A stretch of 63,627 nt of DNA, filler included, from Licmophora abbreviata (GCA_900291995.1; 14 parts of 14 records of this genome joined end to end with filler, not necessarily neighbours in it), one strand, 5' to 3'. Positions 9,636 to 20,299 are shown, counted from the whole stretch's first letter. Translations and numbers: made by a program. The notes: generated by a model not told the origin, from the sequence alone.

Positions 9636-9875
9636 ACGCTTGTGTGTTTTCTGGTGACCTATTCGATCAGCCTGATCTTGCAGATCGTGGTGGGGTCTTC
9701 GTCGCTCGAGGTGCTCAAGGCGGCGCTGTTCCTGTCACCGGCAACAGGGGCGGGGGTGGTGATCGGACAGCTTTTGTTTCGCAGGCTCAATCCGGCGGGC
9801 TTCATGAAGCTGATCCACGGATTGCTGATCGTCACGGGGGCCTATCTGGTGATCGGCGCGGTGATGGCGGGCTGA
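9636..9875 (+). CDS. TauE/SafE family membrane protein, C-terminal fragment
   Basis: ATGAGVVIGQLLFRRLNPAGFMKLIHGLLIVTGAYL matches the usual TauE C-terminal TM pair. Confidence 0.6.
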   Translation, partial: TLVCFLVTYSISLILQIVVGSSSLEVLKAALFLSPATGAGVVIGQLLFRRLNPAGFMKLIHGLLIVTGAYLVIGAVMAG

Positions 9876-9889
9876 GAGCGCCGTGCCTG

Positions 9890-10774
9890 TCAGAACTGAT
9901 CCCAGATCATCTGGCCCATCTTGTCCAGCCGTTCGGGCGAGCAGAAGAGCGAAATGGTCATCGTCGCCGTCCAGTCGCGCCCGCCCATCCGGACCAGATC
10001 GCCGCTGTCCAGTTCGGAGCGAATCGAGAATTCGGGCAGCCACGCGACACCGGCCCCGGCCAGGGTACGGCGCTTGAGCGCCTCGGCCAGCGCATCCATG
10101 TAGCGCACATCGAGCGCGGTCTTGCGGCTGCCGATGGTCTGATCCACGACGGTGCCCAGAAAGGTGTTGGGATCATAGCTGAGATAGGGCACGGCGCGGC
10201 CCGGCGTGCCGGGCAAGGCCCAGCCGAACCGAGAGGCGGCGGCGTGCTGGGCCACGGGGATCAGGCGCTCGTCGCAGATGTCCTTGCGCACGAAGCGGGT
10301 CTCGTCGAGGATCGGTGAGACGTCCTGATGGCGGTAATAGAGCAGAAACTCGCAGCCGCCCTCGTTGAGAAGCTGACAACAGGCGGTCAGGCTGTCGGAA
10401 ATCACACGGGTCCGAAGCTCGGGATACTGGCGCTCGAATTCGGCCATGCGGGGTTGCAGGAAATTGACGGAAATGGCGTGCAGGGCCGCGAAGCGCTGAA
10501 ACGTTGCATTGCCGCGCGCCTGTTCGCGGATCGCCTGTCGGGCGTCGGTGATCTCGGCCACGGTGGCCTGCGCCACGGGCAGGAATTGCTGTCCGGCCTC
10601 GGACAGGCGCACCGGATAGGTGGCCCGGTCGATCAGCGGCACGCCGATCCAGTTTTCCAGCGATTTGATCCGGCGGCTGAACGCGGATTGGGTGATGTTG
10701 CGTTCCTCTGCGGCGCGGGTGAAGTTGAGCGTGCGGCCAAGACAGACGAAATCCCGCAACCAGTTGATATCCAT
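9890..10774 (-). CDS. LysR family regulator (294 aa; true start is inside the long track ORF)
   Basis: MDINWLRDFVCLGRTLNFTRAAEERNITQSAFSRRIKSLE HTH and GAGVAWLP substrate domain; divergent from the TRAP operon. Confidence 0.92.
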   Translation of the reverse strand: MDINWLRDFVCLGRTLNFTRAAEERNITQSAFSRRIKSLENWIGVPLIDRATYPVRLSEAGQQFLPVAQATVAEITDARQAIREQARGNATFQRFAALHAISVNFLQPRMAEFERQYPELRTRVISDSLTACCQLLNEGGCEFLLYYRHQDVSPILDETRFVRKDICDERLIPVAQHAAASRFGWALPGTPGRAVPYLSYDPNTFLGTVVDQTIGSRKTALDVRYMDALAEALKRRTLAGAGVAWLPEFSIRSELDSGDLVRMGGRDWTATMTISLFCSPERLDKMGQMIWDQF

Positions 10775-10822
10775 GGCGCTTTCCCAGAAATTTCCGACAA
10801 GGATGCGCCATGGGGCGAAATC

Positions 10823-10837
10823 ATGCAAGATCGGAAT
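10823..10837. promoter_or_regulatory. Candidate LysR box
   Basis: ATGC-N7-GAAT (T-N11-A, near-palindromic) in the divergent lysR/dctP intergenic region. Confidence 0.35.
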
Positions 10838-10990
10838 GGTTTGATGATATGTTTGAATTGGCCAATCCGTACCACCCTGACCTAGCATTCGAGGCATAAT
10901 CCCCTGCTGCCGAGGCATTGCGCCGGCATGAGGATAAAACGACGAGGACCGCGCGAACGGTTCCGCATCGCACACAACAAGGAGAACGAC

Positions 10991-11980
10991 ATGACACTTA
11001 CCTGGAAATGCCTTGCATCGGCCACGGCCCTGAGCGTTGCGGCGACTGTGCCCGCACTGGCCGAGACAACGATCCGCCTGTCCACCTATGTGAACGAGGC
11101 CGATATCCGCTATGATGGCTTTGTTCATTTCGCCAAGCTGGTCGAGGAAAAGACCGGCGGCAGCGTCGAGGTGCAGATTTTCCCGTCGGCCACGCTGCAT
11201 GGCTGGTCCGAGGGCGTAGACGCCGTACAGGGCGGCGTGTCGGATATGAGCTGGATTCCCGCCGATGACCGTCTGCCCTGCTATCGCGTGACCTCGCTTT
11301 ATCCGGTGGCTGTGGATCTGGAAAAGCAGATCGAGATGGATGCGGCCTATGCCGATCTGGTTCGTGACGAGGCGGCGAACGTCAATCTGGTGCCGGTGTT
11401 CAACTCGAACTATTCCTATGATCAGGAATGGTGGTTCGAGGAGGCGATCGCCGATCTGGGCGATCTGCAGGGCAAACAGGTGCGGTCGATCGGACCGCTG
11501 GTCAGCTTGATGATCGAGACATGGGGCGGCGCGCCGGTCTTCGTGGCGCCCAAGGAAGTGTTCCAATCCGCCGAGCGCGGCGTCGTGGACGGGATCAACA
11601 TGGGTGTTGCCACCTATTCCAGCTGGAAGCTGTGGGACGTGATGCCCTACATGGTCAACGCCAACCTGTTCTATGGCAATATCCAGTACATGATGAACAA
11701 GGAAAAGTTCGACTCGATGACCGCCGACGAGCAGGCAGCGGTGATGGCTGCCGCCATGGAAACCGAGGAATGGCTGAAGCCGCGGTACGAAGACTGGGTT
11801 GACCAGCGCGTGGGCAATGCCGTGATGAAAGGCGGTGGTGCTGCCGTGTCCATCAGTCAGGACAGGCGGATGGAGCTGATCGCCAGCGTTCAGGGAAAAT
11901 GGAACGAAACCGTGGATGAAGCCTGCGGCCCCGAGCTTGCCGGCGAGATCCGCGATCTGTTCGCCCAGCACGCTCCCTGA
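10991..11980 (+). CDS. TRAP substrate-binding protein DctP (substrate unknown)
   Basis: GGAG RBS; signal peptide ...VPALA-E; FAKLVEEKTGGSVEVQIFPSATL; DLQGKQVRS; PKEVFQSAERGVVDG. Confidence 0.9.
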   Translation: MTLTWKCLASATALSVAATVPALAETTIRLSTYVNEADIRYDGFVHFAKLVEEKTGGSVEVQIFPSATLHGWSEGVDAVQGGVSDMSWIPADDRLPCYRVTSLYPVAVDLEKQIEMDAAYADLVRDEAANVNLVPVFNSNYSYDQEWWFEEAIADLGDLQGKQVRSIGPLVSLMIETWGGAPVFVAPKEVFQSAERGVVDGINMGVATYSSWKLWDVMPYMVNANLFYGNIQYMMNKEKFDSMTADEQAAVMAAAMETEEWLKPRYEDWVDQRVGNAVMKGGGAAVSISQDRRMELIASVQGKWNETVDEACGPELAGEIRDLFAQHAP

Positions 11981-12060
11981 GTTGACGCGCTCATGCCGTC
12001 GGGCGGGCAGAGGTCCGGCCGACGGCGCTTGCGTCACCCCCCGGAAATATGGAGGTCGTC

Positions 12061-12564
12061 ATGCAGACCGGACTGGATCGGTTGATCGCACGGTTCGAGC
12101 ACGCTGTCGTCTGGCTGGCGGCTGGCGGTGCGATCGTGGTGCTCGTGCAGATGGTGTGGATCAGCTATGGTGTCTTTACCCGTTACGCGCTGAATGCGCC
12201 GGACCGGATGGTGACCGAAGCCACCGCGCTGTTGCTGTTTCCGGTGGCCTTTGCGGGGCTGGCCTATGCGATGCGCGAGGATGCCTATCCAAAGGTCACC
12301 ATGCTGACCGACCGGCTGCCCGCGGCGGGGCGCAAGGTGGTGGCTATCCTCAATCTTGGGATCATGCTGGGGGTGGGCCTGTTCTTTTCGCTGGCGGGCG
12401 TCAACGCGACGATCCGATCGTTCAATTCCGGCGCATCCTCCGAGATCCTTCTGTGGCCACGCTATGCCTTCTGGGCGCCGGGGGCGCTGGCGCTGGTGGT
12501 GTTCTCGATCTACGCGACATTGCGGCTCATCAAGCTGATCCGCACCCCGGCCGAGGAGGTCTGA
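12061..12564 (+). CDS. TRAP small permease DctQ
   Basis: GGAGG RBS; YGVFTRYALNAP...E...AFAGLAYAMRE; four TM helices. Confidence 0.85.
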   Translation: MQTGLDRLIARFEHAVVWLAAGGAIVVLVQMVWISYGVFTRYALNAPDRMVTEATALLLFPVAFAGLAYAMREDAYPKVTMLTDRLPAAGRKVVAILNLGIMLGVGLFFSLAGVNATIRSFNSGASSEILLWPRYAFWAPGALALVVFSIYATLRLIKLIRTPAEEV

Positions 12565-12567
12565 GCG

Positions 12568-13869
12568 ATGGAATGGTATGAAGTCGGACTTGGCCTTCTG
12601 GGGCTGTTGATGCTGCTGATCGGGCTTGGCCTGCCGATCCCTTTCGCACTGGCGGCCGCATCTCTGCCGTTCCTGTGGCAAATCCAGAGTTTCGACACCT
12701 CGATCGTGTCGGCGGAGTTGAAACTGTGGGGTGTGTGGATCGACTATATCCTGCTGGCGGTGCCGCTTTTCGTGTTCCTGGGCGAGTTGATTGGCCGGTC
12801 GCGGATCGGGCCGAACCTCTATCAATTCCTGCATCAGGGGGTGCGGATCCGGGGATCGGCGGCCTATGGATCAATCGGGGCCTGCGCGGGCTTCGGCGCG
12901 GTCTGCGGCTCGTCGATGGTGGGGTCGTTGACCATCGGGGGCGTGGCGCTGCCCGAGATGCTGCGGCTTGGCTATGGAAAGCAACTGTCTTCAGGCGTTC
13001 TGGCGGCGGGTGGCACGCTGAGTGTGCTGCTGCCCCCCAGCCTGATCCTGCTGTTCTATGGCATTGTCACCGACCAGAGCATCGGCGATCTGTTCATTGC
13101 CGGCGTGATCCCGGGCCTGATCCTCGTGACGGCGTTTTGCGTGGTCGTGCTGATCTGGGGGATCGTGCGGCCCGAGGACATTCCGGGCAACGAAATTTCG
13201 GCCAAGATGAGCCTGATCCAGATCGCCGCCACGATCGGCCCGATTGCGGCCATCGGGCTGGTGATCACCATTGCGATCTATGCCGGTATCGCCACCCCGA
13301 CCGAGGCGGCGGCCGTTGCGGCCTTGCTGACCGTGATCCTTGCCTTCGGTGTCGGCGGTCTGACGTGGCAGGGCTTCAAGGATGCGCTGTTCGCGACGAT
13401 GCGGACCATGGGCTATCTGGGGCTTCTGCTGTCGGCGGGGGTGCTCTTTGGCTTCGTGCTGACCTATTACCGCGTGCCGCACCAGTTTACCGAGCTGTTC
13501 ATGAGCTTCGATCTGTCGCCTTACGTGGTGCTGATGATCGTGCTGGCCTTCTACATCCTGCTGGGCATGTTCCTTGAGCCGGTGTCGATGACCTTCATCA
13601 CGCTGCCGACGATCTATCCGCTGATGGCAGCTGCGGGGTTCGACCTGATCTGGTTCGGGGTGGTCTATACGATCACCATGGAGATCGCCGTTCTGACGCC
13701 GCCTGTGGGGTTGAACCTTTATGTGATCCAGGGGATCGGGCGCGGCAAGGTGAGCATCGGGGATGTCATCTCGGGGTGTTTGCCGTTCATCGCGGCGCTG
13801 GTGCTGCTGATCGTGATCCTTATCCTATTTCCGGAGACCGCGCTGTGGCTGCCCGAACAGATGCGCTGA
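12568..13869 (+). CDS. TRAP large permease DctM
   Basis: LLAVPLFVFLGEL, GAVCGSS, GGTLSVLLPPS, ATPTEAAA, LTPPVGLNLYVI. Confidence 0.92.
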   Translation: MEWYEVGLGLLGLLMLLIGLGLPIPFALAAASLPFLWQIQSFDTSIVSAELKLWGVWIDYILLAVPLFVFLGELIGRSRIGPNLYQFLHQGVRIRGSAAYGSIGACAGFGAVCGSSMVGSLTIGGVALPEMLRLGYGKQLSSGVLAAGGTLSVLLPPSLILLFYGIVTDQSIGDLFIAGVIPGLILVTAFCVVVLIWGIVRPEDIPGNEISAKMSLIQIAATIGPIAAIGLVITIAIYAGIATPTEAAAVAALLTVILAFGVGGLTWQGFKDALFATMRTMGYLGLLLSAGVLFGFVLTYYRVPHQFTELFMSFDLSPYVVLMIVLAFYILLGMFLEPVSMTFITLPTIYPLMAAAGFDLIWFGVVYTITMEIAVLTPPVGLNLYVIQGIGRGKVSIGDVISGCLPFIAALVLLIVILILFPETALWLPEQMR

Positions 13870-14648
13870 TCAGCCGCCGGGGGCTGACCTATCGGCGGGC
13901 CGGGTCCGGCACGCCGCTGGTGCTGGTGCACGGTTATCTTGGCGGATCGCGCCAATGGCAGGCCGAGATCGCCCGATTCTCGAAGCGCTTCGATGTGATC
14001 GCGCCGGATCTGCCGGGATTTGCGGGAGCCGCCCATCTGCCGGCTGCGGACCGGATCGGCACCTTTGCCGAGGCGATCATCGATCTGATGGATGATCTGG
14101 GGCTGGGGCGGGTCCTGCTGCTGGGGCATTCCATGGGCGGCATGATCGTGCAGGAGCTGGCTGCGCGTCATCCGCAGCGGATCGAGAGGCTGGTGCTCTA
14201 TGGAACCGGGCCATTGGGTCTGATGCCGGACAGGTTCGAGCCGATCGAAACCTCGCGCGAGCGTATCCGCGCGGAGGGGGTGGGGCACACTGTCCGTAGG
14301 ATCGGGGCGACATGGTTCCGCGAGGGCGAACATGCCCAGGGCTTCGAGGTGGTCTCGAGCCTCGGGGCGCAGGCGAGCGAAGCGGCGGCGCTGGCGGGGC
14401 TGGATGCGATGGCGCATTGGGACGGACGCCAGCAGATGCAGCGCCTGACCATGCCGACGCTGATCCTGTGGGGGGATGGGGACAGGTCCTATCGCTGGCC
14501 GCAGATCGAGGCGCTGTGGAAGGGTGTGCCCGACGCGGCGCTGGCGGTGATCCCCGGCACGGCCCATGCGGTGCATCTTGAAAAGCCGGGGCTGTTTCAC
14601 GCGATGCTGGAGGATTTCCTGATGGCGGATCAGGCCGCGATGGCCTGA
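13845..14648 (+). CDS. Alpha/beta-fold hydrolase
   Basis: Probable GTG start after GGAG, overlapping the dctM 3' end; LVLVHG oxyanion loop, GHSMGG nucleophile, WGDGD acid, GTAHAVHLE His. Confidence 0.9.
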   Translation: MAARTDALISRRGLTYRRAGSGTPLVLVHGYLGGSRQWQAEIARFSKRFDVIAPDLPGFAGAAHLPAADRIGTFAEAIIDLMDDLGLGRVLLLGHSMGGMIVQELAARHPQRIERLVLYGTGPLGLMPDRFEPIETSRERIRAEGVGHTVRRIGATWFREGEHAQGFEVVSSLGAQASEAAALAGLDAMAHWDGRQQMQRLTMPTLILWGDGDRSYRWPQIEALWKGVPDAALAVIPGTAHAVHLEKPGLFHAMLEDFLMADQAAMA

Positions 14649-14654
14649 GCGGGA

Positions 14655-15474
14655 TCAGCTGTGGATGAAGCGGACATAGCCCGGTTCGATGATCGCGGCG
14701 GTCAGGCGCCCGGTTTGAAAGGCGCCGGTATCGATGCCGATCCGGCCCGCCTTCATCNNNNNNNNNNNNNNNNNNNNNNNNNNNNNNNNNNNNNNNNNNN
14801 NTTAATTAATTAANNNNNNNNNNNNNNNNNNNNNNNNNNNNNNNNNNNNNNNNNNNNATCCATAGCCCGTCCTTGCGGGGCGTATCGAACAGATCCGGAT
14901 GGCCCCACAGAAGGCCATGGCCACGGCGCGGCTCAATCGGCAGGTTCGGATCGCCGCCCGCGTGGCTCACCACGACATTGCCGCTTTGCCAGATCAACGG
15001 GCGCTTCGCGAGCCAATCCACCAGAGCGTCGCCCGCCGCGGCGCGGAGCCTGTCGCGCAGCGTCTCGTAGGGGTGATCCTCGGGGTCGGCGATGCCGAAG
15101 CTGCGCAGCGTTTCCGCGCCGCCATTGGCCATCCAGAGGCGACCGGCGCTGTCGGGCGTGTCGAGGAATTCGAGCATCATCGCTTCGTGATTGCCCAGAA
15201 GGCTGCCGCCGCCGGTGGCAGCGGGGTCCAGCTCCATCAGGCGGCGCAGCACGCCGGCGCTGTCGGGGCCGCGATCGACATAGTCGCCGACAAAGACCAG
15301 CGGCAGGCCCGGCGCCTCGGTCGCGAGCTTGGCGATGAGCGCGTCGAGCAGGTCCTGCATGCCATGGATATCGCCCACCGCCACGAAGGCGCGATCAGGG
15401 GCAAGGGCCGCATCAAAGCCGGGTCGGCCAAGGCCAAGGCGGTGCAAAAGGCTGCTCAAACCAGTCATTCCCAT
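14655..15474 (-). CDS. Metallophosphoesterase, PPP/PrpA-type protein phosphatase (split by spacer)
   Basis: GDIHG, GDYVDRG, GNHE and SHAG motifs; the C-terminus on the left contig reads GRIGIDTGAFQTGRLTAAIIEPGYVRFIHS*. Confidence 0.88.
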
Positions 15475-15667
15475 CTGTCTCGGCCACATCGCGCGCAAAA
15501 TCAAGCCATGCTCCGCCCAAAGGGCCGCAGAATATGGTTAATGGTGGCGCGCAGCGGCGTAATCGCATAAATGTAAACAAACTTAGCGTATATTTAGAAA
15601 CTGTTTCCATTTTTCCGGCAAAGAATAGCATGACGATACTCATTCGACCCTGGAGCAGTGCAGGATC

Positions 15668-17407
15668 ATGACAGGACAGGCCAAGCCCGGTTTTCCGGAA
15701 ATGCGTGCTGCGCGCCGCAAGGGACTAGGCCTGTTTTTCTGGGCGTTCGTGTTTTCCATCTTCGTCAACCTCCTTATGCTGACCGGGCCTTTGTACATGC
15801 TGCAGGTCTATGACCGGGTGCTGGCGTCGCGGTCGGTCGAGACGCTTGTGGCGCTGTCGGTTCTGGTGCTGGGGCTTTATGCGCTGATGGCGGTTCTGGA
15901 TTATGCCAGAGGCCGGGTGATGGCGCGGGTGGGTGCGCGGTTTCAGTCGGCGCTCGATGGGCGATTGTTCGAGGCGACGTTGTATCGGTCTTCGGACCCG
16001 CGCGAGCATGCGGCGTCGGGTGCGGCGCTGCGCGATCTTGATTCGGTGCAGGCGCTTTTCGTGTCGCCGGTTCTTCTGGCGCTGTTCGACATGCCGTGGA
16101 CGCCGGTTTTCATCGCGGCGATCTTCATCTTTCACCCGGTCCTTGGCTGGATGGCCGTGGCGGGCGGGCTGATCATCGTGGTGATGGCGCTGCTCAACCA
16201 ATATCTGACCGGATACCGGGTGCGCAAATCGCAAGCGGCCAGCCAGCAGGCGCATACATTCGCCGATCACGCCCGCGCAGGCAGCGAAGTGGTGCTGTCG
16301 CAGGGGCTTGCGGGCAATATGCGCAAACGGTTCATGCGGCTGCGCAACATCGCGCTGGACCAGACGGTGCATTCCAATGACTGGACGGGAAGCTTTACCG
16401 CCTTCACCAAATCGTTCCGGCTGCTGCTGCAATCGGCGATGCTTGGCGCCGGCGCCTATTTCGTGATCCAGGGCGAGCTGACGCCGGGCTCGATGATCGC
16501 GGGGTCGATCCTTCTGGGCCGGGCGCTGGCGCCGGTGGAGCAGGCGATGGGCAACTGGCCGATCCTGCAAAGGGCGCGTTCGGGCTGGCAATCGCTTGGC
16601 CGGTATCTGCAGACCGTGCCACCCCGGCCCAAGCTGATCGAACTGCCCAAGCCCGAAGCGCATCTGGTGGCCAAGGCAATGACGGTGGTGCCGCCGAGGC
16701 AGCGCAAGCCGACCCTGCGCAACATCACCTTCGAGATCAAGCCGGGGCAGGCGCTGGGCGTGATCGGGCGCAGCGGGTCTGGCAAATCCACGCTGGCGCG
16801 CGCGCTGGCGGGATACTGGCCGTTGGCGGCTGGTGAGGCACGTCTTGGCGGGGCCACGCTGGATCAATACAATCCCGACCGGCTGGGGCAGCATATCGGC
16901 TACCTGCCGCAAACCGTGTCGCTGTTTCAGGGCACGGTCGCGGAGAATATCGCGCGCATGGAAAATGATCCGTCATCGGAAGCCGTGGTCAAGGCGGCCA
17001 AACAGGCAAATGCGCATGACATGATCATGCAGCTGCCAAAGGGCTATGACACCTTCCTTGACGGTAACGAGAACCAGCTTTCGGGCGGTCAGCGCCAGCG
17101 CATCGCGCTGGCAAGGGCGCTTTATGGCGATCCGGTGCTGCTGATCCTGGATGAGCCGAATTCGATGCTGGATGCCGAAGGCTCGGAGGCGCTCAACAGG
17201 ACGGTGAGCGGGTTCAAGCGCTCGGGGCGGTCCGTCATCGTGATGACGCACAGACCCGCGGCGATCGCGGAATGCGATCTGCTGATGGTGGTGGAAAAGG
17301 GTATGGCGACAGCCTTTGGCCCGCGCGACGAGGTCATGCAGAAAACGCTGAAGAATGTGGAGCCTGTGCGCACATCGCTGCAAGGCAAGAACAAGGTGGC
17401 GTTTTGA
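15668..17407 (+). CDS. Type I secretion ABC ATPase/permease, PrtD/RsaD-type (no C39 domain)
   Basis: [37 protein letters not shown], Walker [26 protein letters not shown]. Confidence 0.93.
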   Translation: MTGQAKPGFPEMRAARRKGLGLFFWAFVFSIFVNLLMLTGPLYMLQVYDRVLASRSVETLVALSVLVLGLYALMAVLDYARGRVMARVGARFQSALDGRLFEATLYRSSDPREHAASGAALRDLDSVQALFVSPVLLALFDMPWTPVFIAAIFIFHPVLGWMAVAGGLIIVVMALLNQYLTGYRVRKSQAASQQAHTFADHARAGSEVVLSQGLAGNMRKRFMRLRNIALDQTVHSNDWTGSFTAFTKSFRLLLQSAMLGAGAYFVIQGELTPGSMIAGSILLGRALAPVEQAMGNWPILQRARSGWQSLGRYLQTVPPRPKLIELPKPEAHLVAKAMTVVPPRQRKPTLRNITFEIKPGQALGVIGRSGSGKSTLARALAGYWPLAAGEARLGGATLDQYNPDRLGQHIGYLPQTVSLFQGTVAENIARMENDPSSEAVVKAAKQANAHDMIMQLPKGYDTFLDGNENQLSGGQRQRIALARALYGDPVLLILDEPNSMLDAEGSEALNRTVSGFKRSGRSVIVMTHRPAAIAECDLLMVVEKGMATAFGPRDEVMQKTLKNVEPVRTSLQGKNKVAF

Positions 17408-18717
17408 GCGACGACAGGCAGGAAAGCACCCCCAAATGGGCCGCGACCAAGCCGGTTCTGGCCGGCGTGCTGGCGTTGATCGTGCTGGTCGGGGGGCTTG
17501 GCGTCTGGAGTGTGATGGCCCGGATCTCGGGTGCGGTCGTGACGTCTGGGACGGTCACCGTGGAATCCAATCGGCAGGTGGTGCAGCATCCCGATGGCGG
17601 CGTGGTGGGCGAAATCCTGGTCGATGAAAGCGACACCGTGGTGAAGGGCGACGTGCTGATCCGCCTCGATGGGCGCAAACAGCGCTCGGAACTGGCGATT
17701 GTCGAGGGACAGCTGCGCGAGATCGCGGCCCGCAAGGCGCGTCTTGTCGCCGAACGGGACGGTGCGGACACCATAAGTTACAGTGACCAGCTGCTGACCG
17801 ATGCCGCCACCAGCCCCGAGGTCGCCGCGATGGTCAAGGGCGAACGGACCCTGTTCGAGGCCCGGCGCGACTCGCTTCGGCAAGAGGCCAGTTTGCTGCG
17901 CGAGCAGAACAAGCAGATCGACCAGCGGATCGCGGGCATCGACGCGCAATTACGCGCGCTGGAGACCCAGGCCGATCTGGTGGGCGAGGAATTGCGCGAT
18001 CAGCAAAGACTGCTGGCCAACCAGTTGACGCAGGTGGCGCGGGTCAATGAACTCAAGCGCGAAGAGGCCAACCTGTTGGGGCAGATCGGCCGGCTTGAGG
18101 CGCAGATGGCCGAGCTGCGCGGGCAAGCGGCGAGCAACGACATTTCCCTCCTGCAGCTTGACACCCGGCGCCGGGAAGAGGCGGTCAGCACCCTGCGCGA
18201 TCTGCAATTCCGGGAGATCGAACTGGCCGAGCGCAAGCTGGATCTGGAGGATACCTTGTCGCGGCTGGACATCCGGGCGCCGGTCAGCGGTCTGGTCTAC
18301 AACCTGCAGGTTTTCGCCGAACAATCCGTCGTGCGCCCTGCCGATCCGCTTTTGTACATCATTCCGCAGGATCAGGCGCTTGTCGTGGCGGCGCGGGTCG
18401 AGTCGCTGAATGTGAACGACATCTATGTCGGGCAGCAAGCCGCCTTGCGCTTTCCCGGCTTCGACCAGAAGAAAACGCCCGAACTTTTCGGTCAGGTGAC
18501 CAAGGTCTCGGCCGATGTGGTGCAGGATGAAGCCACCGGCATGAACTATTACGCGGCTGAGATCATGCCCTATGAGACGGAACTGACAAAGCTGGGCGAT
18601 GAAAGGCTACTGCCTGGCATGCCGGTCGAGGCTTTCATCCAGACCGGGGAACGCTCGCCCATCGCGTATCTGGCCGAGCCGATGCTGGGCTTTTTCAACC
18701 GCGCCTTCCGGGAATGA
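17404..18717 (+). CDS. Type I secretion membrane fusion protein, HlyD/PrtE
   Basis: TTG start overlapping the ABC stop; N-terminal [12 protein letters not shown], coiled coil, [24 protein letters not shown]. Confidence 0.93.
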   Translation: MSDDRQESTPKWAATKPVLAGVLALIVLVGGLGVWSVMARISGAVVTSGTVTVESNRQVVQHPDGGVVGEILVDESDTVVKGDVLIRLDGRKQRSELAIVEGQLREIAARKARLVAERDGADTISYSDQLLTDAATSPEVAAMVKGERTLFEARRDSLRQEASLLREQNKQIDQRIAGIDAQLRALETQADLVGEELRDQQRLLANQLTQVARVNELKREEANLLGQIGRLEAQMAELRGQAASNDISLLQLDTRRREEAVSTLRDLQFREIELAERKLDLEDTLSRLDIRAPVSGLVYNLQVFAEQSVVRPADPLLYIIPQDQALVVAARVESLNVNDIYVGQQAALRFPGFDQKKTPELFGQVTKVSADVVQDEATGMNYYAAEIMPYETELTKLGDERLLPGMPVEAFIQTGERSPIAYLAEPMLGFFNRAFRE

Positions 18718-18886
18718 CGCTGCCCTCGCTTGGCAGAAAAGCCACATATCAGACAAGATTGCAACAAAGTGGCGGCAATATGGAAATGCGCCGCGATCCA
18801 TGTTAAGTTGATTCAATAAGAACGGTCACAAGCCACCGTCAGGTGTGGCAAGGCCGATCAAGAGGCAGTCGAGAGCAGTGCTCAAC

Positions 18887-20299
18887 ATGCGGATTATCAT
18901 GATGATCCCGCTCGGGATCCTATTGGCAGGCTGTGCCGAGATCGGTATGGCCCATCGCCCGCTCGAGGCGGATTTGCCCGACAGGTATTCCGTGTTGGCC
19001 CCCGTCAAGGCACCGACCCGCGAAGACACGGAATGGTGGCGCAATTTCAACGACCCGGTGCTGGATCAGCTTGTCATGCGCGGCATGAGCGACAATCTGA
19101 GCGTCGCGGAGGCCCGCGCCCGCCTGCGCGAGGCCGAGGCCAACGCACGTGGTGCGAATGTGCCGGTGAGCGGAAACGCGAATGCCAGCGTCAGGGCGCC
19201 GTCGAATGTCTCGGAAACCAGTGAATTCTCTATCAACGGCCAGATCAATCTTGCAGGCGAGACGGGCTTTCGGAGCCGTGCCGCGCAGGCCCGGCTCGAG
19301 GCGGCGGAGTTCAACACGATCGAGGCGCGCCGCACCGTGCTTTCGGAAGTGGCGCAAGCCTATGCCGATCTGCGGTTCTTCCAGAGCAGCCGCGCCTTCC
19401 GGGCGCAGGATCTGCGTTCGCGGCAGCGCACGCTGACGGATATCGAAACCCAGCTTGGGGCCGGGGCCGCGACGCGGCTTGACTTGCTGCGGGCACAGTC
19501 CCTGCTGGCCGAGACACGCGCTGAAATTCCCCAGCTCGATGCCCGGATCATCCAGACGCGGAACCGTCTGTCGACATTGCTGGGCGTGCCGGTGGGCAGC
19601 CTTGGCATGGATCTGGGCTATCGCGGGCAGCAACCGATGCCGAAGGGCACGATCGATGCGGGCGTGCCTGCCGATCTGCTGCGTGCGCGCCCGGACATTC
19701 GGCGCGCCGAGCAAGTATATGCGGCGGCGGTGTCAGATGTGGGCGCGGCAGACGCGGCCCGCTATCCCAGTCTGAACCTCTCGGGGTTGATATCGGCGCC
19801 CACGAATGGCGGATCGCGGACCGAAACGCTGCTGGCCGGGCTTGTCATGCCGGTGTTCAATCAGCCGGCCCTGCTGGCCGAGAAAGATGCCGCGTCGGCA
19901 CGGGTCGAACAGACATATCTGCAGTGGCGGATCGCCGTTCTGGACGCGGTCGAGGAGGTCGAGAACGCTCAGACCCTTCTGACATCGGCCCGTAAGTCGG
20001 TTGCGGCGGCGCGCGAAGCGGTGACCCTGAACCGTCAGGCGCTTGATCTGTCGCGCGAGTTGCTGAGCAGCGGCGGGAACATCACCGTGCTGGATGTGCT
20101 GGACCGTGAACGCGCGCTGTCCTCATCGCGCACGGCGCTGGCGCAGAACACCCGCGATGTCGCTTCGGCCTTCATTCAGCTTTATGTCGCACTTGGCCGG
20201 GGCCATCCGCTGACGGTTGACCGGATGCCGATCAACGAGGATGCAGCGACGGTATCGAGTCGTGATGAACTGTCAGTGGACCTGCTGTCGTTTCACTAA
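18887..20299 (+). CDS. Outer-membrane factor lipoprotein, NodT/OprM-type
   Basis: Lipobox LLAGC; WWRNFNDPVLDQLV; GVPADLLRARPDIRRAE; ARYPSLNLSG; LYVALG. Confidence 0.88.
   Translation: MRIIMMIPLGILLAGCAEIGMAHRPLEADLPDRYSVLAPVKAPTREDTEWWRNFNDPVLDQLVMRGMSDNLSVAEARARLREAEANARGANVPVSGNANASVRAPSNVSETSEFSINGQINLAGETGFRSRAAQARLEAAEFNTIEARRTVLSEVAQAYADLRFFQSSRAFRAQDLRSRQRTLTDIETQLGAGAATRLDLLRAQSLLAETRAEIPQLDARIIQTRNRLSTLLGVPVGSLGMDLGYRGQQPMPKGTIDAGVPADLLRARPDIRRAEQVYAAAVSDVGAADAARYPSLNLSGLISAPTNGGSRTETLLAGLVMPVFNQPALLAEKDAASARVEQTYLQWRIAVLDAVEEVENAQTLLTSARKSVAAAREAVTLNRQALDLSRELLSSGGNITVLDVLDRERALSSSRTALAQNTRDVASAFIQLYVALGRGHPLTVDRMPINEDAATVSSRDELSVDLLSFH

Noticed and set aside
9890..12037. 715-aa ORF suggesting a giant LysR fusion
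   Set aside because: The N-terminal 420 aa are largely the antisense shadow of dctP; the LysR HTH begins at ATG 10774.
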